Source: Actinomycetota bacterium (lineage in GTDB: Bacteria > Actinomycetota > Rubrobacteria > Rubrobacterales > Rubrobacteraceae). Taken from it: 64,000 bases of DNA. How positions within the stretch are numbered: the stretch's first letter is position 1; each line of letters starts with the position of its first letter. A model generated the notes under the pieces. It was not told where the DNA came from. It did not search any database and saw only the letters and a list, made by a program, of their open reading frames with translations. Shown here one piece after another: positions 9,426 through 19,055 of this stretch. The stretch spans positions 3,370 through 67,369 of the forward strand of contig JBKPNW010000063.1 in NCBI GenBank assembly GCA_046732815.1. Reading direction: 5' to 3'. Both the position numbers and the translations under genes were made by a program.

Positions 9426-10604
9426 CTAGTTCTGCAGGTTCTCGAAGATGCCCGCGGCGCCCATGCCGCCGCCGATGCACATGGTGACGAGGCCGTACTT
9501 CGAGCCGCGCCGCTTCATCTCGTGGATGAGCTGGATGGTGAGCTTGGTGCCGGTCGCGCCCATCGGGTGGCCGAGGGCGATGGCGCCGCCGTTGACATTG
9601 GTCTTCTCGAGGTCCATCCCTACCTCCCGGATCACGGCGAGCGCCTGGGCGGCGAAGGCCTCGTTGAACTCGATCAGGTCGATGTCGTCCATGGTAAGCC
9701 CGGTCTGATCCAACACTTTCGGGATCGCCACGGTCGGCCCTATTCCCATGACCTCGGGCCTGACGCCGCCCACAGCGAAACCGACAAATCGTACGAGCGG
9801 TGTGAGCCCACGTCTCTCAGCCTCCTCCCTGTCCATCACCACGACAGCGGCCGCACCGTCGCTCCTCTGCGAGGAGTTGCCCGCCGTAACAGTGCCATCC
9901 TGCTGAAAGGCGGGTTTCAAGTCGGCAAGTTTCTCCGCCGAAGTGTCGCGCGGTCCCTCGTCACGCCCGAAGCTCGTCTCCATGTGTTGTAGTTCGCCGC
10001 TCTCGTCGACCCAATCCAACTCGACGTTCAGGGACACGATCTCCTCGTCGAACACGCCACCTTCGACCGCTTTCCTTGCCAGGGTGTGGCTGCGGAGGGC
10101 GAACTCGTCCTGGTCTTCGCGGCTCACGTCGAACTCGCGGGCGACCTGCTCCGCGGTCAGGCCCATGCCCATGTAGGCCGCAGGGTTGATCTCCATGAGC
10201 CGCGGGTTGGGCGAAAAGTTAGGCATCTCGATGGTCGAAGACATGTGTTCGGTCCCCCCCGCCACGATGGTCTTGGCGTTGCCGACCATGATCCGCTCGG
10301 AGGCCATCGCGATGGTCTGGAGTCCCGAAGAGCAGAACCGGTTGACCGTCTGCGCCGGCACCGTATCGGGCATCCCGGCGAGCAAAGAGGACAGCCTGGC
10401 CACGTTGTACCCCTGCGTCCCTTCGGGCATCGCACACCCGAGGATAACGTCCTCCACATCTTCCCTCTCGAGCCCCTCCGCGCGCCCCACGGCCTCACCG
10501 ATAGCAGCGGCGGCCATGTCATCAGGGCGGCTCGCCCGCAACCTCCCCTTCGGCGCACGTCCCACCGCGGTCCGTGCCCCCGAAACGATTACAGCTTCGC
10601 GCAT
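9426..10604 (-). CDS. fadA: Acetyl-CoA C-acyltransferase (3-ketoacyl-CoA thiolase)
   Basis: [22 protein letters not shown] and CIGGGMG thiolase motifs. Confidence 0.95.
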   Translation of the reverse strand: MREAVIVSGARTAVGRAPKGRLRASRPDDMAAAAIGEAVGRAEGLEREDVEDVILGCAMPEGTQGYNVARLSSLLAGMPDTVPAQTVNRFCSSGLQTIAMASERIMVGNAKTIVAGGTEHMSSTIEMPNFSPNPRLMEINPAAYMGMGLTAEQVAREFDVSREDQDEFALRSHTLARKAVEGGVFDEEIVSLNVELDWVDESGELQHMETSFGRDEGPRDTSAEKLADLKPAFQQDGTVTAGNSSQRSDGAAAVVVMDREEAERRGLTPLVRFVGFAVGGVRPEVMGIGPTVAIPKVLDQTGLTMDDIDLIEFNEAFAAQALAVIREVGMDLEKTNVNGGAIALGHPMGATGTKLTIQLIHEMKRRGSKYGLVTMCIGGGMGAAGIFENLQN

Positions 10605-10606
10605 TT

Positions 10607-10790
10607 TCGCTCCCTTCGGTCGCTCAGCATGTCAGCTAGTCAGCACGCTCAGGCTTCGCCTGCGTTTGTCAGCATTTCAGCTTTGTCGTGCGCTAGCCCT
10701 TGCTGACTGGCTGACAAGGCGGCAAAGCCGCCGTGCTGACAAGCGAAGCCCGTAGGGCTGAGCGTGCTGAAATGCTGAAGTGCTGACATG
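10607..10790. repeat. TCAGC/GCTGA-array element E6 filling the fadN-fadA gap
   Basis: 11-bp inverted repeat agcatgtcagc (10626-10636) / gctgacatgct (10782-10792), several hairpin modules. The 36-mer at 10735-10770 is identical to 15926-15961. Confidence 0.93.
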
Positions 10791-13163
10791 CTAATTCCTT
10801 CTCGGCTTTCCTGTTTTCAGTAGTGCTTCGATGCGTTCGTGGGTTTTCTCGTTTTTCAGGAGATCCAGGAATGACTTTTTCTCCAGTTTCAGGAGGTATT
10901 CTTCGGGGACCCATTGGGGGAGGGAGAGGTTGCCACCGGTGAGGATGTGGGCAACGTGGCCCGCGATGACGCCGTCGTAGTCACTCGCGTAGTGGCCCCA
11001 TTGCATGGTCTTTACGCCCATTTCGAGCGCGGCCCGGGCGGTTCGGCCCGAGGCGTAGACGTTGTTGCCGTGCTCGGGCGGGGTGTAGCCGTCGGACAGG
11101 TCCTGGACCTCGCGCTTGGCGGCGGAGATGAGGTGGTCCGCGTTCATTACTATGCGGTCGTCTGCGGTGAGGAATCCCATCTCTCTGGCTTCGAGGGCGC
11201 TGGTCGCCGTCTTGGCCAGGGCTATCTGCTCGAAGGCTTTCTGGAGGAAGGGCAGGGGTGGGGTGTTCGGGGCGGTGTGGAGCGGCGGGGAGACGAGGCG
11301 GCGGGCCATCTCTTTGGTGCCCCCACCGGCGGGGATCAGGCCTACCCCGACCTCGACGAGGCCCATATAGGTCTCGCCGGCGGCGACGATGCGGTCCGAG
11401 TGGAGGCAGACCTCGAGTCCCCCGCCGAGGGTCTGGCCGTGCGGGGCGGAGACGACGGGCTTGGGGGCGAACCGAAAGGCCATGAGCAGGTCCTGCAGGG
11501 CCTCAACGCTCTTTTCGATCCCTGCCAGGTCCCCGTTCTGGACGGCGTGGGCCATCTCGCCGAGGTTGGCGCCTACGGAGAAGTTGCGGCCCTCGTTGCC
11601 GATGACTAGCCCGATCACATCGTCGCGCTCCAGCGTCTCTAGCGCCCGGTAGCCCATCTCGACCGTTCCCGCCTCGATGGAGTTGCCCCTGGAGTGGAAT
11701 TCCAGGCACAGCACCCCGTCACCGAGGTCGAGCAGGCTCGCCGAGTCGTTGCTGGCGAGCTCCTGGCCCTGGTCCCGCAGACGGTCGAGGGAGACGTACA
11801 TCGGGTCCTCGCGAACGGGTTCGTACTCCTTGCTTACGGGGCTGAACTGGAGCTCGGTGCCGTTCTCGGTCTTGTAGAAGGCCTCGTTTCCGGCGTCGAG
11901 CATCTCTTTTACCCAGCCGCCGACCTCGATATCCATAGACTCCATGTTCTCGACCGTCTCGCGCACACCGAGCAGGTCCCAGGTTCTAAAGGGTCCGGTC
12001 TGGTAGGCGTATCCCCACTCCATCGCGTGGTCCACGTCCTCGAGGGTGTCGGAGATCTCGGGCACCCGTCGCGAGGCGTAAGCCAGGTACGGATACAGGG
12101 TGTCCCTGATGTAGCGGGCGTGTTTGTCCTCATCGGCTTTCTCTACCAGGAACTGCAGCCTTGCGGCGAGGTCTCCCTGTTGTTGTGCTTCTTTCGCTAC
12201 GGGGATCTCAGGGTTCTCGGCGGGGTGGTGTTCGAAGGTCTCGAGATCCAGGACATCGAAGACGGTCTTGCCATCGCGTCTGTCCCGCTTGTAGAAGCCG
12301 GCTCCGGCCTTGTTGCCGAGCAGGTCCTTCTCCTGCATCTCATGGAGCTTCTGTGGCGGCTCGAGCTCCTCGCGCGACTCGTCTTCGGGGACGGCCTCGT
12401 AGAGGTTCTCGGCCACGGCGATGGCTATGTCCAGCCCGACCTGGTCGTTGAGGCGGAAGGTCGCCGTCTTGGGGTGGCCGATAAGCGGTCCCGTTATGGC
12501 GTCGATCTCCTCGACGCCGTAGCCGTTCTCGAAGGCGTAGCGTGCGGATTGCATGCCGGTGAAGCTCCCGAGGCGGTTGCCGATGAAGTTCGGGGTGTCC
12601 TTGGCGATGACGCCGCCCTTGCCGAGCACGCGTTCTCCGAAGTTACGGATGGCTTCGACTATCTCGGGGTCCGTATCTTCCGTAGGTATGATCTCCATGA
12701 GCTTCAAGTAACGCGGCGGGTTGAAGAAGTGCGTGCCCACGAAACGCTTTTTGAACTCTGGGGACCTTCCCTCGGAGATGCTGTGCAGCGGGATGCCCGA
12801 GGTGTTGGTCGAGATGATGGCGCTCTCTTTCGCCGTATCTTCGACGCGTTGCATGAGCTCTCTTTTGGGTTCGAGCTTCTCGATTATGGCCTCGACGATC
12901 CAATCCGCCTCGCCGACGCGCCCGAAGTGCTCCTCGAAGTTGCCGACCCTGATCCTGTCGGCCACGGTCTCGCCCATCAGCGCGGCTGGCCTGGCGTTCT
13001 TCATCCTGTCGAAGCCGGCCTCCACTACGGCGTTCTTGTCGTCGTCATCCGAGGCTATGTCGAGCAGGTCCACCTCCAGGCCAGCGTTGGCGCAATGGGC
13101 GGCGATGGCGGCGCCCATCGTGCCCGCTCCCAGTACGGCCACCTTCCTGATCCCGTGCGACAT
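10791..13163 (-). CDS. fadN: 3-hydroxyacyl-CoA dehydrogenase / enoyl-CoA hydratase multifunctional enzyme (FadN type)
   Basis: GAGTMG Rossmann motif, STNTSGIP, HFFNPPRY; C-terminal crotonase domain; 790 aa. Confidence 0.9.
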   Translation of the reverse strand: MSHGIRKVAVLGAGTMGAAIAAHCANAGLEVDLLDIASDDDDKNAVVEAGFDRMKNARPAALMGETVADRIRVGNFEEHFGRVGEADWIVEAIIEKLEPKRELMQRVEDTAKESAIISTNTSGIPLHSISEGRSPEFKKRFVGTHFFNPPRYLKLMEIIPTEDTDPEIVEAIRNFGERVLGKGGVIAKDTPNFIGNRLGSFTGMQSARYAFENGYGVEEIDAITGPLIGHPKTATFRLNDQVGLDIAIAVAENLYEAVPEDESREELEPPQKLHEMQEKDLLGNKAGAGFYKRDRRDGKTVFDVLDLETFEHHPAENPEIPVAKEAQQQGDLAARLQFLVEKADEDKHARYIRDTLYPYLAYASRRVPEISDTLEDVDHAMEWGYAYQTGPFRTWDLLGVRETVENMESMDIEVGGWVKEMLDAGNEAFYKTENGTELQFSPVSKEYEPVREDPMYVSLDRLRDQGQELASNDSASLLDLGDGVLCLEFHSRGNSIEAGTVEMGYRALETLERDDVIGLVIGNEGRNFSVGANLGEMAHAVQNGDLAGIEKSVEALQDLLMAFRFAPKPVVSAPHGQTLGGGLEVCLHSDRIVAAGETYMGLVEVGVGLIPAGGGTKEMARRLVSPPLHTAPNTPPLPFLQKAFEQIALAKTATSALEAREMGFLTADDRIVMNADHLISAAKREVQDLSDGYTPPEHGNNVYASGRTARAALEMGVKTMQWGHYASDYDGVIAGHVAHILTGGNLSLPQWVPEEYLLKLEKKSFLDLLKNEKTHERIEALLKTGKPRRN

Positions 13164-13178
13164 GCAGGCCTCCCGATC

Positions 13179-13571
13179 CTATCCGTAGAGCTCTCTGTGC
13201 AAAGACTCGATAGCATCTCTTACCCGCAAGAGGTGGGCCTCGAATCTGCCCTTGATCTCGGCGTACTTCTCTTCCCCCCGCCCCGTTATCTTGTAGAAGC
13301 GCCGGCTCCTCGTATCAGGCCGCTCCCACTCCCCCTCCACATACCCCTTCTCCTCGAGCCGCCGCAAGAGCGGATATACCGTGTTCGGCGAGACGCTCAT
13401 CGTGCCGGCAGAGATCTCACGTATCCGCGCCATGATGCTGTTCCCGTAGGCAGGCTCCTCCCTCACGAGGTGCAAGATCAATAGCGGAAAAACATCCCGC
13501 GTCTTGACCTCGCTCAAGAAGACGTCCTTCGGCGTCGTCCTCTCCACCGAACTTCCCGTCGTTTTTCCCAT
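13179..13571 (-). CDS. PadR family transcriptional regulator
   Basis: YG..I...I.....G.....PNTVYPLLRRLEEKGY and RRFYKIT..GE winged-helix pattern. Confidence 0.9.
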   Translation of the reverse strand: MGKTTGSSVERTTPKDVFLSEVKTRDVFPLLILHLVREEPAYGNSIMARIREISAGTMSVSPNTVYPLLRRLEEKGYVEGEWERPDTRSRRFYKITGRGEEKYAEIKGRFEAHLLRVRDAIESLHRELYG

Positions 13572-13593
13572 CGCCCTCGCTCCCCTCGAAAAC

Positions 13594-13609
13594 TTGTCAA
13601 AATTGATAA
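13594..13609. promoter_or_regulatory. Candidate PadR operator in the divergent padR / acyl-CoA dehydrogenase promoter
   Basis: Imperfect palindrome ttgtcaa-aa-ttgataa in an AT-rich island. Confidence 0.4.
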
Positions 13610-13689
13610 TAACACGGATAATAAGTTTGCGTGGAGGTCCGGGTCCTTATAGAGTTGGGACGCGGAGAGTTCGAGCGAAGGAGGAGCTT

Positions 13690-14889
13690 ATGATCACCGA
13701 CGTCACCCGGTCGTTGGGGACCGACTATTATCTGCTCGACGAGCTATTCACGGAGGAGGAGCGGGAGATCCGGGACCGGGTCAGGGCTTTCGCCGACGCC
13801 GAGGTCATCCCGATAATCAACGATTACTGGGAGAAGGCGGAGTTTCCTTTCGAGCTCGTCCCCAAGGTCGCCGCCCTGAACATCGCGGGCGGCCCTATCG
13901 AGGAGTACGGGTGTCCTGGCATGAGTCAGGTCGCCGCGGGGCTGGTCGCCATAGAGATGGCCCGGGGAGACGGGAGCCTCAACACCTTCTTCGGGGTCCA
14001 TTCCGGGCTCGCGATGGGGACCGTGGCGATCTGCGGTTCCGAGGAGCAGAAGCGGCGGTGGCTCCCCGAGATGGCGCGGATGGAGAAAATCGGGGCCTGG
14101 GGTCTGACGGAGCCCGACCACGGTTCTGACTCCGTGATGCTGGAGAGCACGGCCCGACGCGACGGCGACGGTTGGGTCCTCAACGGTAAGAAGCGTTGGA
14201 TCGGCAACGCCACCTTCGCCGACCTCGTCATCATCTGGGCCCGCGACGTCGAAGACGGGCAGGTCAAAGCCTTCGTGCTCGAAAAAGACGAGAACGGCGA
14301 GCACCATCCCGGCTACTCCACACAGCTGATAAAGGGCAAGATGGGCAAACGCGCCGTCTGGCAGCCGGATATCTATCTAGAAGACGTCTACGTCCCCGAC
14401 GAGAATCGTCTCGAACGGGCCAACACCTTCAAGGACACCAACAAGGTCCTCACCGCCACCCGCAGCGGTGTCGCCTGGGAGGCCATAGGGCACGCCATAG
14501 CCGCCTATGAGGCCGCGCTGCAGTACGCCCAGGAGCGCGTACAGTTCGGCAAGCCCATAGCCTCCTTCCAGCTGATCCAGAACAAGCTCTCCGGCATGCT
14601 GGCGGAGATAACCAACATGCAGCTCATGTGCTACCGCCTCGCCCAGCTCCAGGAGCAGGGCAAGATGACAGGACCCATGGCCTCGTTGGCCAAGATGAAC
14701 AACGCCCGCAAAGCCAAACAAGTCTGCGCCGACGCGAGGGACATCATGGGCGGCAACGGCGTGCTCCTCGAATACCACGTAGCCAGGCACCTCTCTGACA
14801 TGGAGATCGTCTACACGTACGAGGGGACCGACACCATACAGTCGCTCATAGTGGGGCGTGACGTAACCGGCATTTCGGCCTTCGTATAG
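13690..14889 (+). CDS. Acyl-CoA dehydrogenase (glutaryl-CoA dehydrogenase-like)
   Basis: GAWGLTEPDHGSD, LNGKKRWIGN and YTYEGT motifs; RBS gaggag. Confidence 0.92.
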   Translation: MITDVTRSLGTDYYLLDELFTEEEREIRDRVRAFADAEVIPIINDYWEKAEFPFELVPKVAALNIAGGPIEEYGCPGMSQVAAGLVAIEMARGDGSLNTFFGVHSGLAMGTVAICGSEEQKRRWLPEMARMEKIGAWGLTEPDHGSDSVMLESTARRDGDGWVLNGKKRWIGNATFADLVIIWARDVEDGQVKAFVLEKDENGEHHPGYSTQLIKGKMGKRAVWQPDIYLEDVYVPDENRLERANTFKDTNKVLTATRSGVAWEAIGHAIAAYEAALQYAQERVQFGKPIASFQLIQNKLSGMLAEITNMQLMCYRLAQLQEQGKMTGPMASLAKMNNARKAKQVCADARDIMGGNGVLLEYHVARHLSDMEIVYTYEGTDTIQSLIVGRDVTGISAFV

Positions 14890-14892
14890 GGA

Positions 14893-15072
14893 AGCATGTC
14901 AGCACGCCGCTTCGCGGCTTGTCAGCACTTCAGCATGTCAGCTTGAGGCTTCCAAGGATGGCACGTCACCCCGACAAAGGACCTAGCGTAGCGAGGCAAG
15001 CCTTCGCGCGAATGCACGAGAGGCGCATCCGTACCAAGCCGACGCAGGCGGCGTGCTGAAGTGCTGAGCTGC
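14893..15072. repeat. TCAGC/GCTGA-array element E7 with long central spacer
   Basis: TCAGC arm 14893-14943, spacer homologous to that of E8, GCTGA arm ending at the DUF998 stop. Confidence 0.88.
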
Positions 15073-15714
15073 TCATCGCACGCGCGGGGCTGATGGGGTC
15101 CCGGCCTGGCTCCGCAGGTGGATCGCCATCACCTCTACCCACGCCAGCACGTTTGCGAGGAATAGGTAGAAACCCCACTGCCACGGCGAGGCGAGCAGGA
15201 GCACTACATACAGGATTGCGGTGAAAAGGGTGTACGGGGCGTAGCCACGCCACTGTGGGTCTAGCCTCAGCCGCCGCCACCAGAAGAAGAGCGAGAGCAG
15301 GAACGAGAGGACGAGGAGGACAAAGGCCAGGAAGTGGATCGCACCGTGCCAGGTCTGGAGGCCCTGCATGGGGTAGGGGTCGGTCTTGAAGGCCGCTAGT
15401 ATCAGGGCAACGCCGGAGACCACGAGGAGCGCGGGCCCGGCCCAAGAGAACCTTCCTCGAGACGCCACTCCGCGGTGGAGACCGAGCGCGAAGAAGATCA
15501 GGGTGAGGCCGAAGAAGGCGAAGTTCAACACCTGCAGCCAACCCAGAGGTCCGAGGGCCAGATCGCTCGGCCAAGGCACGTCGGAGGCCCCCAGAGGCTT
15601 CCATCCCAACCCGAGCATGAAGCCATACTGGGCGAAGGTCAAGACAACCACCCCAAGCGCGAACACGATCGGTCCTACCATACCGGCCAGAGCCGCGTTC
15701 CTGGACGACACCAT
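15073..15714 (-). CDS. DUF998 family membrane protein
   Basis: Six TM segments; S.L..GP.GWLQ..NF, F.TDP and HG..H patterns. Confidence 0.7.
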   Translation of the reverse strand: MVSSRNAALAGMVGPIVFALGVVVLTFAQYGFMLGLGWKPLGASDVPWPSDLALGPLGWLQVLNFAFFGLTLIFFALGLHRGVASRGRFSWAGPALLVVSGVALILAAFKTDPYPMQGLQTWHGAIHFLAFVLLVLSFLLSLFFWWRRLRLDPQWRGYAPYTLFTAILYVVLLLASPWQWGFYLFLANVLAWVEVMAIHLRSQAGTPSAPRVR

Positions 15715-15776
15715 CTCGTCTCCTATCCCTTTTCCCTACGGTCATAGTGCCACCAACCGAAAACCCGCGCATCTTT

Positions 15777-15994
15777 ACAGCACGCTTCGGGCCTTGCAGG
15801 CCCTCGCTTGTCAGCATGTCAGCTAGAGGCAGCCGAGGGCACGAGTTTCCCCGACAACCGATCGGGAATGGCGAGCGAATCCGTAAGGCGAATGCAAGGT
15901 CCGTCCATCCGTACTAAGCTGACTAGCTGACAAGCGAAGCCCGTAGGGCTGAGCGTGCTGACTTGCTGAAATGCCAAGCGACCGAAGGGAGCGA
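15777..15994. repeat. TCAGC/GCTGA-array element E8 with long central spacer and terminal RBS hairpin
   Basis: Same architecture as E7. Ends in agcgaccgaagggagcga (15977-15994), the exact reverse complement of 10607-10624. Confidence 0.9.
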
Positions 15995-15996
15995 CC

Positions 15997-17013
15997 TTGA
16001 AAGCGATTCGATTGCACGAACTCGAGGGGCCTGACGAGATCGTTTATGAGGACGTGCCTGAGCCGGAGCCGGGGCCGGGTGAGACCGTGGTGCGGCTGCG
16101 GGCGGCGGCGCTGAATCGACGGGATCTGTTCGCGACGCAGGGGCAGTATCCCGGTGTTACGCCGGATATTTTGCCGATGATTCCGGGCTCCGATGGGTCA
16201 GGGGAGGTCGTTGCGCGCGGAGAGGGTGCGGAGGGGCCTGATGAGGGGACCGAGGTCGTCATAGACCCGGCGCTGTACTGGGGGGATAACCCGCGGGTGC
16301 CCGGCAAGGAGTACCGGATCCTCGGTATTCCTGACGACGGCACCTTCGCCCAGTTCATCAAGGTGCCGGCGGATCATGTTTTCCCCAAGCCCTCGCATCT
16401 TTCACACGAGGAGGCCGCGGCGTTACCGCTTGCTGCCCTGACGGCCTATCGGGCGCTCGTGACGCGCGGCGGGGTCGCGGAGGGCGAGACCGTGCTCGTG
16501 CCCGGTGTTGGCGGCGGGGTGGCGACGTTTCTGGTCCAGATCGCCAGCGCTTTGGGCGCCCGCGTGTTCGTCACCTCGGGGAGCGACGAGAAGATCGAAG
16601 AGTCGAAAGAGTTCGGCGCGGAGGGGGGTGTCAACTACAACGCGGAGGATTGGAGCAAGGAGCTCAAGGGCATGTCGGGGGGTGTCGACCTCTCGACCGA
16701 CCACGTCGGTGGCGAGAACTTCAACGCCCTCGTCTCGCTCGCCAAACCTGGCGGCCGGATCGTCGTGATCGGCGCGACGGCCGGCCCGACGTCGAAGGCT
16801 ATGACGATCCGCATAGCGCTCAAGCAGCTCGACGTGCTGGGGACGGCGATGGGAACACCTGAAGAGTTCGGCGCGATGCTCGACCTCTACGCCGAGCACG
16901 GCCTGCGCCCCATGATAAACGAGACCTTCGCCCTCGAAGAGACATCCTCGGCCCTCCATCTTATGCAAGAAGGTAGCGGGATGGGCAAGATCGTCCTCGA
17001 TATACCCGCGTAG
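15997..17013 (+). CDS. MDR-family NADPH:quinone oxidoreductase / zinc-binding dehydrogenase-like protein
   Basis: AAALNRRD, PGSDGSGEV, GGGVATF and GKIVL; TTG start. Confidence 0.9.
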   Translation: MKAIRLHELEGPDEIVYEDVPEPEPGPGETVVRLRAAALNRRDLFATQGQYPGVTPDILPMIPGSDGSGEVVARGEGAEGPDEGTEVVIDPALYWGDNPRVPGKEYRILGIPDDGTFAQFIKVPADHVFPKPSHLSHEEAAALPLAALTAYRALVTRGGVAEGETVLVPGVGGGVATFLVQIASALGARVFVTSGSDEKIEESKEFGAEGGVNYNAEDWSKELKGMSGGVDLSTDHVGGENFNALVSLAKPGGRIVVIGATAGPTSKAMTIRIALKQLDVLGTAMGTPEEFGAMLDLYAEHGLRPMINETFALEETSSALHLMQEGSGMGKIVLDIPA

Positions 17014-17020
17014 TCAGATC

Positions 17021-17446
17021 ATGACAGAACCAAGGATCGTCTCGGAACCCAGGGGCGACGCGGAGGATGCCACTTTCGTGCGCGATAGCCTGTCACTCTT
17101 CAACGTAGCGGTTACAGGAGACTCCTACTACAGCCCGCTCGCCATCTACCTCAAGGACGAGCGGGGCGCGGTGCTCGGGGGAGTCCTCGGTCATGTCTGG
17201 GGAGGATGGCTCGACCTCAACGCGTTGTGGGTGGCGGAGCCGTTTCGCGGGCAGGGGTACGGAGCGAGGCTCCTCAGGGCCGCCGAAGACGAAGCCAGGA
17301 TGCAGGGATGCCACGGCGTCTTCCTGACTACCTTCAGCTTCCAGGCACCCGAGTTCTACGAAAAGTTCGACTACGAAATCATCGCGGATATACCGGATTA
17401 CCCGAAAGGCCACAGTTACCACGTCTTGAAGAAGACGCTGGGATAA
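17021..17446 (+). CDS. GNAT family N-acetyltransferase
   Basis: LWVAEPFRGQGYGARLL, TFSFQAPEFYEK. Confidence 0.9.
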   Translation: MTEPRIVSEPRGDAEDATFVRDSLSLFNVAVTGDSYYSPLAIYLKDERGAVLGGVLGHVWGGWLDLNALWVAEPFRGQGYGARLLRAAEDEARMQGCHGVFLTTFSFQAPEFYEKFDYEIIADIPDYPKGHSYHVLKKTLG

Positions 17447-17461
17447 GGTGGTTCGTGGTTT

Positions 17462-17485
17462 GGGCAGGTTTGAACGTGCCCCTAC
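17462..17485 (-). repeat. GTAG-type REP
   Basis: gggca-ggtttgaacg-tgccc-ctac. Confidence 0.7.
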
Positions 17486-17534
17486 AGGGTTTGGGGTAAT
17501 CGCGGCCACCGGGTGGTGGGGCCTGGCGTCGGTG

Positions 17535-18401
17535 TCAGACCCCGGTGCCCGCGCCGTGGACCTCGAACTCGTAGGTGTCGCCGTGGCTCAGGTAATGGAC
17601 TCGGTCTTCCAGGCCGGCCTCGCTCACGGCCCGTTCGAAGTCCTCCAGCGGCGACTTGAAGGCCTCGTAGTCGTTGTAGTGGATGGGGATGGCGGTACGG
17701 GGATCTACTATCCGCATGGCCTCGACACCCTGCTCGGCATCCATGGTTACCATGATGCCGAGGACCCTCGTGCCTCCGAGGTGCAACAGCGCGAGGTCCA
17801 CGTGGGGGAAGCGTCTGGGTATCTCCCTCAGGCGATCGTGGATCAGGGTGTCACCGCTGATGTACATGCGCAGGTGGGCATCTCCTTCCCCATCCGCAAA
17901 ATCCAGCATGCTGCCCATAACCGGCGGCAGAACCGCGCCGAGCGGTCCTGGCCCGTGGGTGCCGGGCATCGCTGTGAGGTTCAGGGTTGCTCTCCCTTTT
18001 CGCACCCCGATGGTCTCCCACGTCTTTAGCGAGTGGGTCGTGGTGAAGCCGACCTTGTCGAGGTAGGACGTGGCATGTCGGGTGGAGACGACCGGGGTCG
18101 CCTTGTTGAGCCTGCGCTCGGCGACGCGGTCGAAGTGGTCGCCGTGCAGGTGCGAGAGCAGGACGAAGTCGAGCGGGGGAAGGTCTTCTATCTCCACGGC
18201 AGGATCGGTCTTGCGTACGGAAGTCAGCCCGTATCCCAGGTGCACGTGGTCGCCTGAGTGGAGGAAGTTGGGGTCCGTAAGGATGGTGAATCCCCCGTAG
18301 CGGATCACGACCGTGGCGTTCCCTATTAAGAAGACGGAACCCCGTTCGAAGTCGGGGTCGTCGTTCCTCCTGGGCAGGAGCAAGGACTTCGCCTCAGTCA
18401 C
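17535..18401 (-). CDS. MBL-fold metallo-hydrolase
   Basis: [11 protein letters not shown] (HxHxDH), TDP, GDT, PIHY motifs. Confidence 0.9.
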   Translation of the reverse strand: MTEAKSLLLPRRNDDPDFERGSVFLIGNATVVIRYGGFTILTDPNFLHSGDHVHLGYGLTSVRKTDPAVEIEDLPPLDFVLLSHLHGDHFDRVAERRLNKATPVVSTRHATSYLDKVGFTTTHSLKTWETIGVRKGRATLNLTAMPGTHGPGPLGAVLPPVMGSMLDFADGEGDAHLRMYISGDTLIHDRLREIPRRFPHVDLALLHLGGTRVLGIMVTMDAEQGVEAMRIVDPRTAIPIHYNDYEAFKSPLEDFERAVSEAGLEDRVHYLSHGDTYEFEVHGAGTGV

Positions 18402-18405
18402 AGGA

Positions 18406-18606
18406 TCATCCCGAGGTGGGCGAGGATTCCAGCTCGGCCACTACCTCGTCTGGACCGGAGAAGCTGGGACGGCCCAAGGTGCGTAGCATCTCCACCAACT
18501 CCTCTGGCGCCCCGTTGTCCTCGGCGGCCGAGGCCAGGTCCTCCTTGCTAGCCGGGTAATCGACACCTTCCAGGTACTGCTTCGCATCGTCGGGGTTGAA
18601 GTCCAT
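18406..18606 (-). CDS. DUF2795 family small protein
   Basis: YLEGVDYPASKEDL pattern; RBS ggaggagg. GTTA-N16-GGGCAT SigF/SigB-like promoter candidate at 18642-18667. Confidence 0.8.
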   Translation of the reverse strand: MDFNPDDAKQYLEGVDYPASKEDLASAAEDNGAPEELVEMLRTLGRPSFSGPDEVVAELESSPTSG

Positions 18607-18668
18607 GATGTCCTCCTCCGGGGTCGTTGGTACTCCTGTATATGCCCCCGACTCCGGGCTTCGTAACG

Positions 18669-18893
18669 CTACAGGCCCCACATCTTCCGGTATTTGTCCA
18701 GCACCAGGTTCTTACAACCCTCAGGAAGATCTTCGAACGAGACCTCACGCCCCAACTCCCCGTAAGGCCGACGGCCCATCGCATAGCCCCTGGTGCTGGA
18801 CGAATCCTCACCCATGCGGGCGTAGAGATACTCGCCAGGCTTCTTCAGCGAGAGAAGCCCCGTGAACACGGCCGTGTAGCGTTCGGCGGTCAC
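18669..18893 (-). CDS. Hypothetical protein (74 aa)
   Basis: Fills the gap in operon orientation; globular composition; weak RBS. Confidence 0.55.
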   Translation of the reverse strand: MTAERYTAVFTGLLSLKKPGEYLYARMGEDSSSTRGYAMGRRPYGELGREVSFEDLPEGCKNLVLDKYRKMWGL

Positions 18894-19055
18894 GCCGCCG
18901 TCTTAGAGTCAGACGTAGCGCGGAACGCCGTCAGGCAAGAGTCTATCAAGCCTATTCCTAAAGACCGTCTATCCTAACAGGGTATACACCCGTCGCAGCA
19001 GGCTCAGCCGCAAGACTACGCTCTCAAGCGGCGAAGGTAACCAGCGCTCCTGGGC

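Noticed and set aside
14966-15817. 283-aa ORF spanning E7, DUF998 and E8
   Set aside because: An alternative frame over DUF998 and repeat DNA; Arg/Pro-rich with no domain.
933-15994. TCAGC arrays as CRISPR arrays or integron attC sites
   Set aside because: No constant 23-47 nt repeat with unique equal-length spacers, no cas or integrase gene, and no RYYYAAC/GTTRRRY core sites.
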